DNA of 64,000 nt from a virus. The notes below the pieces were generated by a model. The model saw nothing but the letters and a program-made list of their open reading frames with translations, did no database searches and was not told where the DNA came from. Position 1 is the first letter of the stretch; every line of letters begins with the position of its first letter. Location: IMG/VR virus record IMGVR_UViG_3300044673_000327, positions 21,289-85,288 of that record; one strand, given 5' to 3'. Below, piece after piece: positions 18,661 to 28,594 of this stretch. The position numbers and the translations under genes are program-made.

Positions 18661-19989
18661 CTAGAACCCGAGTAGTTCCTGTAACTCCTTACTCCCCTGT
18701 TCGTCTAACTTGAGTCGGGAGAAGTCTACCCCGTTCCCATCACTTTCGGCGAGGAGTTCATCGAGACTCTTTTTCCCGAATCGTTTATTGAATTTGTCGC
18801 GTTCTTTCTGTCGCTTTTGTTGGATACGGTAATCGTAGGAGTTCGGGGTAATAGAGCGGTGAATTCTAGCGGCTCTCGGATCATCGTATCGGGCTTGTAG
18901 TTTCAATCGCTCCACGTCTCCCTCTCTCCACGTATCTAAAACCTCGAACCATGTATCGGGAGGGTAGATCGATTCCGATTCGGCATCGTTAAACGTCGTA
19001 TTAGGATAACGGGTCGAGGTATCGTAATCGATGACGACCGGGTACTCCCCGTTCCGTTTCGAGAAAAAGTCTACCCGACCCGGATCGGTCGTCACCGAAT
19101 GAAAAGCGGGATCTTGCCAGTAAGAAGTATTCTCGTCGGTATAGCCACCAAAGAGTACATCATCGAGAAACTTCTGGCGATCGCCCTCGGTAGAGAAGTG
19201 CATCCCCCGTTGAATTCGAGAGCCATCGAGATCCGCCGATACCTCTTCGGGTAATTGACGAAGAGTTTTATCGATAGAGAGAATGTCTTTCTTTACGGTA
19301 GGCTCGATCTTCTCGTTAACTTGATTTAGCAAGTTAGCTCGTTGTACCGATCGTTTCTGTAATTCGGGATAGTAAGAATCAAGGTTGTCAATTAGATCTT
19401 TTACCTGTTCTCGATAAACGGGTAGATCCGAGTATCTAACACTCTCGGGAATATCGACTATTCCCATCTCTTTTAAACGTGGATAACTATTTAACGAATC
19501 GATAGGTACACTCGGATCGACTTTATCCCATAACTTTTCTTCTAACATTCTCGCCATCGGAATAGCGGACTCATCTCCTCCTACAGCCTCTTTATAAACG
19601 TCGGCGAGTTGTTGTTTGTCTCGGGTATTGTCAACGGGGCTAAAGTTTAACTCATCTAAAAAAGAGTTTAAAAATCTTCCGACCTTATCTTTAGAACGTT
19701 CGTCTACAACGTTATCGAATTCTTTGTATATAGATTTTAATTCGGGGATTTCGTTCTCGAAGGATTGTCTCGATACCGCTGTATCCGCCGCTTTCTCTTT
19801 TCCGAACCGGAGGTAGTCGTTATAAACCTTATATTCATAATCCCCCGCGTATTTCTGCAACTCGATACGGATCTGTTCTTCGGTTAGAGGTTTAGCGAAA
19901 CGTACCGATCGCCCCTCTTGATACACGTTCTGGGGTTTACCGAGATCGGCTTGACGGGCTTCTTTAATTAATCTGGCGAATACACTCAT
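18661..19989 (-). CDS. putative R-S-E ADP-ribosyltransferase (VIP2/Alt-like C-terminal domain)
   Basis: IQRGM, FHSVTT, AESESIYPPDTWFEV in canonical order. Confidence 0.65.
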   Translation of the reverse strand: MSVFARLIKEARQADLGKPQNVYQEGRSVRFAKPLTEEQIRIELQKYAGDYEYKVYNDYLRFGKEKAADTAVSRQSFENEIPELKSIYKEFDNVVDERSKDKVGRFLNSFLDELNFSPVDNTRDKQQLADVYKEAVGGDESAIPMARMLEEKLWDKVDPSVPIDSLNSYPRLKEMGIVDIPESVRYSDLPVYREQVKDLIDNLDSYYPELQKRSVQRANLLNQVNEKIEPTVKKDILSIDKTLRQLPEEVSADLDGSRIQRGMHFSTEGDRQKFLDDVLFGGYTDENTSYWQDPAFHSVTTDPGRVDFFSKRNGEYPVVIDYDTSTRYPNTTFNDAESESIYPPDTWFEVLDTWREGDVERLKLQARYDDPRAARIHRSITPNSYDYRIQQKRQKERDKFNKRFGKKSLDELLAESDGNGVDFSRLKLDEQGSKELQELLGF

Positions 19990-20033
19990 CGGGGTAGAGG
20001 GAGAACAAGACCCCGAGTAGTATTCCTAGATCG

Positions 20034-20879
20034 CTAGAATATCGAACGTATCGGTAGTATCTTGGCTATCCGATTCTTATTGTCGAGAGGAAGATATTCT
20101 TTGGAATAAAGATTTCTCTGTACCTCGGGCATAAAACCACCGGAAACCTTTCGTTCCCGATCGCCCATCTCGTCCCATTTCAAAACCGTACCCGATCTTT
20201 TAGCGTTTTCTATCTCTTCATCCGTGGGTTTCGACTTAAGTTGCACCGATTCGATCGTGTAGAAAGGATTTCGTTCATCTCCCCAATATTGGAATTCTAC
20301 GAATGGAGAGGTCACGCGGTTTTTCTCCATCCCCCGCCCGGTATGAAATCTATCCCAGAGATCTCGAACGTTCTCGGGATCGGCGGAAACCAAAGGAACT
20401 TTCCCCCAATCGCGGATCGAATCCCCGATCGAAAGAGTGCTTTTTTCTAGAATAGCGGGGTTCATTTTAATAACCGATGTCTCTACTAACTCGCCCCCGA
20501 TCGAACCGTTATTGCCGATAATATCGGGTCTAGCGTAGGGTTGGTTATTTTTTTCGGGGGCGATAAACCCGTAAATCGGGGAAACGTCGGGGTTCGCCCA
20601 CTCGGGTCGCCAGTAATCGTAGTACACGAATTTTCTAGTATTCATCGCCCCTTTTCGCTCTCCCGCCCCCGGTCGATAGCCCTCTTTTAAGATCGAGCTA
20701 ACGTGTTGACGGGGAGCTATGATATAGGGAACCAACGCGCCGCTCTCTCCCGATAAAAAGCGATCGAGTAGAGCGAGACGTTTATTATAATTCCCCGAAG
20801 AGATCTCGTCATAACTCCCTAAAGGATAACGAGCATCATAATCCTGTTGACGGTAAAGATCGGCGAGATTGGAAGACAT
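20034..20879 (-). CDS. DUF3626-like protein
   Basis: SILKEG, PIYGFI, STLSIGDS, FVEFQYWG..IESV pattern. Confidence 0.5.
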   Translation of the reverse strand: MSSNLADLYRQQDYDARYPLGSYDEISSGNYNKRLALLDRFLSGESGALVPYIIAPRQHVSSILKEGYRPGAGERKGAMNTRKFVYYDYWRPEWANPDVSPIYGFIAPEKNNQPYARPDIIGNNGSIGGELVETSVIKMNPAILEKSTLSIGDSIRDWGKVPLVSADPENVRDLWDRFHTGRGMEKNRVTSPFVEFQYWGDERNPFYTIESVQLKSKPTDEEIENAKRSGTVLKWDEMGDRERKVSGGFMPEVQRNLYSKEYLPLDNKNRIAKILPIRSIF

Positions 20880-21013
20880 GACGGGGCATGGAAAACAAGA
20901 CCCCGATTAGTATTCCTAACCGAAAGAAATCGGTACGATCGCCCGAAGGAAATGTACCGATAATTTACTTGAGGTTATGTCCCTAGTCTTGAAACTCGAA
21001 TCGGGTCAACGAT

Positions 21014-21061
21014 CTAGTTCTGGAACGAACGAACGATCGTGCAGAAACGTTCATCGACAAG
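21014..21061 (-). pseudogene. displaced original 3' end of the major capsid gene (LVDERFCTIVRSFQN*)
   Basis: 16 codons encoding the same peptide as the capsid C-terminus except one I/V change; abuts the HNH stop codon. Confidence 0.9.
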
Positions 21062-22009
21062 TTACCCGTCTTTATTAGTATTCCTGTGTTTGCCCGTGGC
21101 GATTAAACCGACCGTCGCTCTAGACACCCCGTAAAGTTTGGCGATCGCCCCCTGTGTCATCGCTCGGGCTTCCCATATCTTGCGAATTTCTTCTACCTGT
21201 TCGTCTGTCAACTTGCACCGAGGATTGTTCTCTCCCGCTAGTAACCCCTTTCGGACTTGTTTGTTTCGTTCGATAACTTTATCCGGGCGGGAAACTCCTT
21301 TCGCTCGAAGAATTCTTTCTACAGTTCCGATCGATAATCCCACCACATCGGCTATTTCTCTACTAAAACAGCCATCTTGCCGCATCGAGATTATTGTTTC
21401 AGCGATCGCTTCATTAGTTCTAACACCTGTATTGAAATGCTCTTTAACTTTCTTGTTCAGGATTCGCTCGAAATAGTCACGGCTATTATCCTGATGGGTT
21501 CCGATTTCGAGGTGGTCGGGATTAATGCAAAGTTTATTGTCGCATTTGTGACGTATTAGCTTTTCTTTAGGAACTGGTTCTTTAAAAACCTCGTAGCTTA
21601 ATCTATGGGCTTGCCATATCTTGCCGTGATAACCGATGCTTCCATATCCCGCGCTGGTAACTCCACCAATCCAATTCCAACAATCGGTTTCACGATCGAT
21701 TACTCGTTTCTGTTTTAGTCGAACTTGAATAGATTCTCCTCGGTGACGTGGGCGATCACCTAAAACTAAATGCTCTGGGTTAACACAATGATTATTTTTA
21801 CAGGTATGGTTGACGATCTTTCCCTCGGGAATAGATTCAAGTTCGTTATAAATGCAATACGAGAGACGATGAGCCATTACCGTTTTTCTGTTGATATGCG
21901 TCGTTCCAAACCCATCCCAATTGATAGCGGCTATCCAAAGCCAGCATCCATCGGGATCGGAACGCTTGTCGATCTTGGAATGAAACCGATCTACAATTTC
22001 CTGTTTCAT
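21062..22009 (-). CDS. free-standing double-HNH homing endonuclease with C-terminal HTH
   Basis: two CWxW..AHRLSY..HxCxNxxCxNPxHL domains; AT-rich. Confidence 0.9.
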   Translation of the reverse strand: MKQEIVDRFHSKIDKRSDPDGCWLWIAAINWDGFGTTHINRKTVMAHRLSYCIYNELESIPEGKIVNHTCKNNHCVNPEHLVLGDRPRHRGESIQVRLKQKRVIDRETDCWNWIGGVTSAGYGSIGYHGKIWQAHRLSYEVFKEPVPKEKLIRHKCDNKLCINPDHLEIGTHQDNSRDYFERILNKKVKEHFNTGVRTNEAIAETIISMRQDGCFSREIADVVGLSIGTVERILRAKGVSRPDKVIERNKQVRKGLLAGENNPRCKLTDEQVEEIRKIWEARAMTQGAIAKLYGVSRATVGLIATGKHRNTNKDG

Positions 22010-22199
22010 AGAATCATCTCATTGTCGTGTCTCTTTATTATGCCATGTATCGAGCGTAATCAGCAATCTATATGATTATGTAGCTTATAATAGAAATAAG
22101 CCTCTTGGAATTATCCAAAAGGCTTACTGTGTCTAAAATCTAGTTGTTGTTCTAGTTTTGGAAAGAGCGTACAATTGTACAAAAACGTTCGTCAATTAG
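21062..22199 (-). mobile_element. HNH insertion element carrying a recoded capsid 3' end
   Basis: bounded by duplicated capsid C-terminal codons at 22152-22199 and 21014-21061. Confidence 0.8.
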
Positions 22200-23351
22200 C
22201 TCGAACGACCCGAAGATCTGCCAAATGCAGATAATGAACCGTTGGAAGTCATCGTTGGAGTTCATGAGGATACGCGGGCCATCTCCACCGATACCGACCC
22301 CGATACACTGCGGGCCGAAAACGATCCCGAGTTCGGCGGTACGAGCGGCGGAACCACCGGTCACACCCGCGGGTTGGTTGGAGTAGTTCACCGTGACGGT
22401 AGCTTTAGGCATATTGGTCGTGGTGAAGTAGCGGATACCGTTGAACACGAAACCGGAGGGCATCGTTTGAGCGCCGAGCATATCGATCATCTGACCACCG
22501 GCGAGACCCGCGAACCAAGTCGAGCTAGACTGACCGACGGGCATACCACCACCACCGATCTGCGGGATAGACATCGGTTCGGCTCCGACTCCCATACTGG
22601 AGACGGGGATATTACCGGGGTAGCGGGTGATCTCGCGGAAGTCTTTATCGGCGCGGAGATCTTGCAGGAAACGGGGGGAGCAGAGACACCAGTAGTTACC
22701 GTCCTCGAAACGGGGTACTAACCGTTCGGACATACGGGTGTTCACCTCTTCCATGAAGTTGACGGTGATCTTGGGAACCTTCGATCCGTAGACGGTGCTA
22801 GAACCGATGTCCACGGTCGCGCCATCGGCGAAACCACCGGGGTTGTAGACGAAGGTGGATTTCAACATCTCGTTGATGTAAACCCGATCTTCCCAACGAC
22901 GGTAATCGTCGAGGAGATTAGCCGAACCGATCGAATCGTGGAAAGCCTGAGCGCCGTAATCCCAATATTTCCGTTGCGCCGTCATCAATTGTTGGATAGG
23001 GATCTGGAACGTCGCGGGGGTGTTCGGGCTATCGATCGCCGACGGTCCGGTGTACTCCCGGAGGGTCATGATCACCTTGTCTTTGTCGAACCCGCGGGCG
23101 TTACCCACACCGATCGTTTGGGTCTGACTACGTTCGCGAGCCGTTTTGGTTAGACTCTGCTCGCGGTTGGCGGAACTGAGTTCTTTATCCGCCCAGAACG
23201 CGGGACGATCGAGTTGCACCGAATCACCCGGGCCTTTGGTGTGGTCGTACATGACGCGGGGACGGGTGATCAGTTTAGAGATATAGGTCGGGACGGGGCG
23301 GAATAATTCAGCGCCGAGAATTAACGGAACATCATTATCGATAAAGCTCAC
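22152..23351 (-). CDS. major capsid protein (N4-gp56-like)
   Basis: 399 aa; GDSVQLDR, CLCSPRFLQDL, FNGIRYFTTTN, IVFG; downstream of portal/scaffold; AGGAG SD with GTG start. Confidence 0.85.
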   Translation of the reverse strand: MSFIDNDVPLILGAELFRPVPTYISKLITRPRVMYDHTKGPGDSVQLDRPAFWADKELSSANREQSLTKTARERSQTQTIGVGNARGFDKDKVIMTLREYTGPSAIDSPNTPATFQIPIQQLMTAQRKYWDYGAQAFHDSIGSANLLDDYRRWEDRVYINEMLKSTFVYNPGGFADGATVDIGSSTVYGSKVPKITVNFMEEVNTRMSERLVPRFEDGNYWCLCSPRFLQDLRADKDFREITRYPGNIPVSSMGVGAEPMSIPQIGGGGMPVGQSSSTWFAGLAGGQMIDMLGAQTMPSGFVFNGIRYFTTTNMPKATVTVNYSNQPAGVTGGSAARTAELGIVFGPQCIGVGIGGDGPRILMNSNDDFQRFIICIWQIFGSFELIDERFCTIVRSFQN

Positions 23352-23852
23352 GGTTTTGACTCCTAGCTAGGAAGAATAGGTTGGAGTCAAGTGGTAGTTA
23401 CCAATCCCTCACCGTTGTTTTTTCCGAAAAGCGGTGGGGGATTTCCCTTTGAAAGACTTTGTAGAGAGGAGAGGAAGGAATGAAAGAGTAGATAAAGCGT
23501 TTTGGTAGAGAGTTGTTATCGGTAGTGGTTGTCGATCGCTCTATCGATTGAAAAGAGAAATTGAAAATTCATTCATTCCTTCCTTCCTCTTATCGAACGG
23601 AGTAGAGTATTCCTAGATACGATCGCTATCGAGAGATCTATCAAAAAGAAATCGATACGGATTCCCGAATAGAACCGTATCGATGAACCATCTATATGAA
23701 CAAACCGTTTGGAAGAACCCGAGTGCTGTCGTGTTCGGAAATTAGTATTCCTCGATCGCCCGAGAAGGCAAAGAAAAGAACACGGGGTTTAATCCGTGTT
23801 CCACGCTCGCACGACCACTTGGCAAAACCGATTGTCTATTCCCGTCCGATCG

Positions 23853-25334
23853 CTATCGGATCATCGCCCCTTTAGCGGTTCCGATCTTGCCCGCGCTCTC
23901 TAGGGCGGTGAGGGCGAGGTATCGTTTCGAGGGATCGATCGCCGATATGCCACCTCGGGGAACCGCGTTCGTCCCGTAGGGAGCGGCTTGACCCGAGGGT
24001 AATTCGGGACGGGTGACGTTGATAGAGTTCGTCGGGAGTTCGTTGCCGATACCCTCGGGGAAAACGGTACGGGGATCGATACCCTTGCGGGCGAGATGTT
24101 TGGCGTAGCTCGCCTTATCCGCGGGCGATAGGGCTTTCGGATCGATGCCGACGATCGAATTATTCGGGTTCGGGGGAGTGGCGGGAGGTAACGCCGCTCT
24201 CTCGGGTTGACCGCCCATCGGGATCGCTTGTTGCTGTCCCCGAACGGGTTGTTGCCCCCTCCGTTGCATCTCGATACCGTACTGCCGCTCGATGAGGGCT
24301 TTCTGTACCTCGGGTTGTTGTAATCGGGGGTCGTTAGGATCGATACCGTTCTCGGAGATCGCCGCGCCTAAAAGAGCGCCCATGAGTTGTTGTTGCTTCT
24401 CCACCTGAACGAGGTTAGCGAAATACTCGTTGAGTTGTTTCGGATCGGTGAGAAGATCTTGCATCTTATCGTGACGTTTCTCTAGTTGTTCGTACCGCTC
24501 GACGTGGAGAACGAGATCCTTGAGGAATTCCTGATGCGAGATAAAGTATTTCACGTACTCGACGATCGCCGCCGCCTGACGTTGATTGAGATCTTCGAGC
24601 TTGGCGTGGGACTCGTTGAGAAGTTCGGCGATCTGGGCGATCGGGAGGTTGAACGCTTTCTCCAGTTCGATCGCCGAAGCGAAACCCTCCGAGGAGATTT
24701 TACTTACGGGTTGACTTTGACTTTGACTTTGATTTAGGTTTTGAGCCTGTTCTTGAATTCCGTTGCTGTTTAAACTGGGTGTAGGTTGGGAAAAGCTGGG
24801 TTGCTGTTGTCGCGGATAGGTCGGGTGGTACTGGTGCGAGGGAGTCACGTAATCCGGGGCTAAACCGTTGGAGTTCGGGTAAGCTACCGGAACCGTCCCC
24901 GGTTGTCGATTGACCAACATCTGAGCCTGGTACGGGTAATCCGGCGAGGTATTCTGGGCGGATCGAATTCCCTCCTGCATAAACCCCTGCACCTCCCGAT
25001 AGCCCATCGGACGGAGATCCCGCGCCTGTCCCCAAGGTTCCGAGTATTGTGGCGTTGGGATATATTCCTGTTGCCTGTAATGGGGTGTAATTGTAGGCGG
25101 GGTTGATACCGGGGTTTGTAGATACCCCGTATTTTGTACCGGTGAGGTATTCGAGTATTGCGGGATCTGATAGGTTTGTTGCGGCTGGTACGGAACCATT
25201 TGCGCCGTTTGCACCGGTTGTAGGTTCAGCGTCTGGACTTGCTGAGGATAGTCCGGCGATATAGTCATCGTAGGCGCTGGAGCCGGTTGGGAAGGGGTTA
25301 TCGGTTGGAGTTGCGGGTTCGATAGGTCTGACAT
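23853..25334 (-). CDS. putative capsid scaffolding protein
   Basis: Q/P-rich N-terminus, central coiled coil, between portal and capsid. Confidence 0.65.
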   Translation of the reverse strand: MSDLSNPQLQPITPSQPAPAPTMTISPDYPQQVQTLNLQPVQTAQMVPYQPQQTYQIPQYSNTSPVQNTGYLQTPVSTPPTITPHYRQQEYIPTPQYSEPWGQARDLRPMGYREVQGFMQEGIRSAQNTSPDYPYQAQMLVNRQPGTVPVAYPNSNGLAPDYVTPSHQYHPTYPRQQQPSFSQPTPSLNSNGIQEQAQNLNQSQSQSQPVSKISSEGFASAIELEKAFNLPIAQIAELLNESHAKLEDLNQRQAAAIVEYVKYFISHQEFLKDLVLHVERYEQLEKRHDKMQDLLTDPKQLNEYFANLVQVEKQQQLMGALLGAAISENGIDPNDPRLQQPEVQKALIERQYGIEMQRRGQQPVRGQQQAIPMGGQPERAALPPATPPNPNNSIVGIDPKALSPADKASYAKHLARKGIDPRTVFPEGIGNELPTNSINVTRPELPSGQAAPYGTNAVPRGGISAIDPSKRYLALTALESAGKIGTAKGAMIR

Positions 25335-26970
25335 AGCCGAGTTCGTTAAATATAGTTTCTAGGGAACGCTGGATCATCGGAACCACCGGCAGACTCGCCG
25401 ATAGCGGTAAACCGGGGTTAGCCTGATCGGGAAGTTGGAGAAGGTTTTGGTAGATCCCGAGCAATTGTTGTGTCGTACCCGCGACCGCGTTGAGATAGCG
25501 GAACGGATACCCACCACTTAACATTCCTATCTTTTCCTTCTCCGTCTTCTCGGGGAAAAGGAAAGTCAGGGCATCGAGCGATCGCACACCCAACTCCTGA
25601 AGGTTACGGGTAACGATAGATTTCTTCTGGAGATCGTCGGGACTATCCTCGAATACAGAACCTTTCCATCGCCACTCGATCGTTCTCTTACCGAGGGGGG
25701 GCAAGCCGAAAACACCCTCGGGTAGGGGAGTACCCGCTTGCATCATGGCGTTAAACTCCTCGACCGATACGGGTTCGGTATTCGGATCTCTACCGAGGGC
25801 GATCGTCAGACTTCTCAGGAATAGATCTTCCTCGATCGCTAGAATCTTCTCTAAAACCTTACAGATACCGTGGGTGTAGATAGCGACGGCTTTTTTCTTC
25901 GCGGTCGTGGCGACCTTACCGTACACCGTCTTCATCTCGTAAGCGGTAGCGGACGCGTGAATCCCCCGCTCGTCGATACCCCCGAGGGCGAAGTGGATAG
26001 CCTCCCGCTCCTGTTGGACGTGATTGAACTGATCGGGACTCACGGGATCGGGGGTGATAAAAGCGAATCGCTCATCCGCCCCGACGTTACCGATCACCTG
26101 CTTGAGTCGGAATCCCTTCGAGGTCATTCCCCCGCGTCTGGGATCGCCCTTACGGGTGGAGAACGAGTTATTGCCGTACCATCCCGAGTTAGCGGCGACG
26201 GTATTGGCGCGGTTGAGATTGCGGGAACCCCATCCCCCCGCTTCCTGTAGTTCGGAGGGAGATCGGGTACTGACTAAAATGGGATGACCGAAGAAGGCGA
26301 GGTTCTCCTGAATCGCCACGACATCGGCGTTGTGCGCCTCGATCTGGGAGCGGAACGGCTCGAAGTCCCCCGTACCCGGTTGACCCTTCCCTTTCGAGTT
26401 ATTCTTGATCACCACCACGGGGATAAACCCGAGGGAGTTCTTGAAGGTCTGTCTATTGGGTGTCTGGATCTCGGAATCGAACGAGGGTCGGGATTCGTAC
26501 TCCTCCTGATAGACGAGATCTTTGGTGAGGATTAATTTAATCCACGATTCTTTCTTCCAGTTATCGGTTTTGCCTACCTTGTTAAAAGGGTAGATCACGA
26601 TCGCCCGCTCTATTTCCCCATCGCGATCGTAGTAAACGCGATACTGTCCCCTCTCGTAGAAATAGATGTCGTAGGTGGCTTTCTTATTAGGACGAAAGTA
26701 GACGAGTTGTTCGCCCTTACAGATATGGATCTGCCAGATCCGTTCCATCTGTAAATCGAGTTGATTGTGCTTTACGATGTCCTCGATAAAACCCTTACGA
26801 GTCCCCCGATCGTCATCTTGAGTGGGGTAATATTCTACCCCGGCTCTCAATCCGAACATGGTCATTTGAGAGACGTGGTTCTGCACCACCATCGTCCGCG
26901 CCTCTTCCTCGTTCGGGAAAGACTCGGGGTAGAGGTAACTATTAACGAGATCGTCTAGGGTCGCTGACAT
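24700..26970 (-). CDS. portal protein
   Basis: NSLGFIPVVVIKN...GTGDFEP portal motif; position upstream of scaffold and capsid. Confidence 0.8.
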   Translation of the reverse strand: MSATLDDLVNSYLYPESFPNEEEARTMVVQNHVSQMTMFGLRAGVEYYPTQDDDRGTRKGFIEDIVKHNQLDLQMERIWQIHICKGEQLVYFRPNKKATYDIYFYERGQYRVYYDRDGEIERAIVIYPFNKVGKTDNWKKESWIKLILTKDLVYQEEYESRPSFDSEIQTPNRQTFKNSLGFIPVVVIKNNSKGKGQPGTGDFEPFRSQIEAHNADVVAIQENLAFFGHPILVSTRSPSELQEAGGWGSRNLNRANTVAANSGWYGNNSFSTRKGDPRRGGMTSKGFRLKQVIGNVGADERFAFITPDPVSPDQFNHVQQEREAIHFALGGIDERGIHASATAYEMKTVYGKVATTAKKKAVAIYTHGICKVLEKILAIEEDLFLRSLTIALGRDPNTEPVSVEEFNAMMQAGTPLPEGVFGLPPLGKRTIEWRWKGSVFEDSPDDLQKKSIVTRNLQELGVRSLDALTFLFPEKTEKEKIGMLSGGYPFRYLNAVAGTTQQLLGIYQNLLQLPDQANPGLPLSASLPVVPMIQRSLETIFNELGYVRPIEPATPTDNPFPTGSSAYDDYIAGLSSASPDAEPTTGANGANGSVPAATNLSDPAILEYLTGTKYGVSTNPGINPAYNYTPLQATGIYPNATILGTLGTGAGSPSDGLSGGAGVYAGGNSIRPEYLAGLPVPGSDVGQSTTGDGSGSLPELQRFSPGLRDSLAPVPPDLSATTATQLFPTYTQFKQQRNSRTGSKPKSKSKSKSTRK

Positions 26971-26973
26971 GAT

Positions 26974-27489
26974 CTACTCGGATAGATTAGAGGGGAGGGT
27001 CGCGGGGGCGGGAAAGATATTCGGTTTGGGTTTCTGTACCCGAGACACCAGATCGTTATGCTTGGCGTGGATCTCCTTGAGGGCGATCTGACAGGTTCCG
27101 AGTTGTTGTTGGAGTTTGGAGATGTACTCGTCCCGTTCGGCGATCGCTTTATCCTTCTCGGCGATAACCCGATTAGCCTGAACGCGATAGGTATCGAGTT
27201 GGTATTCGAGGTTATAGATCCTCTCCTGTAATTGCCGCTCTCTCGATTCGAGTTCGTTGATACGGGTATTGAGTCGGATACGATCGTTCTCTAGCGCTTC
27301 CCAGAAAAGTTTTTTCTCGGACTCGAACATCTTGGAGAGTTCGCCCTGCACGAACTTGTCGTACTCCAGATCGATCTCCCGAGAGCTTTTACGATCGCGG
27401 AAACGACCCGTGACGTAGGCGGAAGCGAACCCGGTGATCGTGCCGATAACACCGGTAATAACTTGAGGGTTGAGTAGGGATTCGAGCAT
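26974..27489 (-). CDS. membrane-anchored coiled-coil protein (possibly spanin/lysis)
   Basis: N-terminal TM segment followed by long coiled coil. Confidence 0.5.
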   Translation of the reverse strand: MLESLLNPQVITGVIGTITGFASAYVTGRFRDRKSSREIDLEYDKFVQGELSKMFESEKKLFWEALENDRIRLNTRINELESRERQLQERIYNLEYQLDTYRVQANRVIAEKDKAIAERDEYISKLQQQLGTCQIALKEIHAKHNDLVSRVQKPKPNIFPAPATLPSNLSE

Positions 27490-27545
27490 GGTAGATAACG
27501 GGGTGAAAGGAATGAGAGAAGGGGAGAGGAGAGAGGAGAAAAGAT

Positions 27546-27821
27546 TTATAGCGTGTTCGGAGACGGTTCGTAGTATTCCTTACCCGCGACCTGTCCGTTA
27601 TTCCAAGCGTAAGAAGATAGGGGAAGAGACGGGGGAGTGGCGACGGGTTGTGGTTTAGGCTTTTTCCGATTAGCGGACGAGGGATCGATCGCTAAAAGTT
27701 CTTGTCGTAATACTTGAGCCTTGTCTAAACCCTCGTCCTCGATTAGAGCTTTTAAACGAGGGGAGAATATTACATCCATCGGGTAATACTCGGTACGCTT
27801 GATTTTTCGATCGCCGTTCAT
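27546..27821 (-). CDS. hypothetical protein
   Basis: 91 aa; shares AGKEYYEPS motif with 27896..28594. Confidence 0.65.
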   Translation of the reverse strand: MNGDRKIKRTEYYPMDVIFSPRLKALIEDEGLDKAQVLRQELLAIDPSSANRKKPKPQPVATPPSLPLSSYAWNNGQVAGKEYYEPSPNTL

Positions 27822-27895
27822 GATCTTGAGAGAAGAGGAATGAGAGGAGAGGAAAGATTAATTAATCGATCGATTAATCAATGCGATGGAGAGAT

Positions 27896-28594
27896 CTAGG
27901 GATTCCAGAAGTCGGGATAATCGCCCTCGGTGTAATCGTCCTTGGGGTATTCCTCGGGATTATTCTTGGGAATCGCCGAATTAAAACCCTGTAATGTATT
28001 CGCGGACGGTTCGTAGTATTCCTTGCCGGCGGGAGTTCCATCACTCCACGAGTAAGAGGCGATCGGCTCGGGTTCTTTGGGAGTCTCGGGAGCGGGCGCG
28101 GGAGTAGACTTCGGGGCTTTGAGAGAACGGATTTCTTTTTGAAGTTCGGCGATCATCTCGGCGAGGTGATTACCCTCTAGAGGTTTCTCGATCGCTTTAG
28201 GTACGAGATCGGGATAGTCGGGTTCTCGATCGGGGGAATCAAATATCCGACGACCGGTCATCGGATCGAACGGGGGAAATTTTAATAACTCTCGATCTTT
28301 ATTGATAGGGGAAGCGATCGCCTTACTCTTTCTGGTAACGCTAGGTTGACCGGGTTTACGGCGACGCTTGGGTTTGGTCTCGGGTTCGGGGGAGGGGAAA
28401 GGAATTAGCCTTCCGTCCGCGCTCTCGATGGGAGTAAAAGGTTGTCGGAGGTTAGCGATCGCTTTGGATAGGGACTCGATCGCCCGGGCGGAGTGGTACA
28501 TATCCTCGAACGTATCGAGGTAGGGAAGTTCGGTGACGAGGTTAGCGATAGTCAACCGGAGGGTTTTATCGAGATCGACGGGGAAAGAGGTCAC
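27896..28594 (-). CDS. hypothetical Pro-rich protein
   Basis: 232 aa; class 3 motif at 28624-28633. Confidence 0.7.
   Translation of the reverse strand: MTSFPVDLDKTLRLTIANLVTELPYLDTFEDMYHSARAIESLSKAIANLRQPFTPIESADGRLIPFPSPEPETKPKRRRKPGQPSVTRKSKAIASPINKDRELLKFPPFDPMTGRRIFDSPDREPDYPDLVPKAIEKPLEGNHLAEMIAELQKEIRSLKAPKSTPAPAPETPKEPEPIASYSWSDGTPAGKEYYEPSANTLQGFNSAIPKNNPEEYPKDDYTEGDYPDFWNP

Noticed and set aside
21062-22151. Group I intron interrupting the capsid gene
   Set aside because: The upstream copy already encodes the full C-terminus and stop; only ~140 nt is non-coding, with no recognisable P/Q/R/S core
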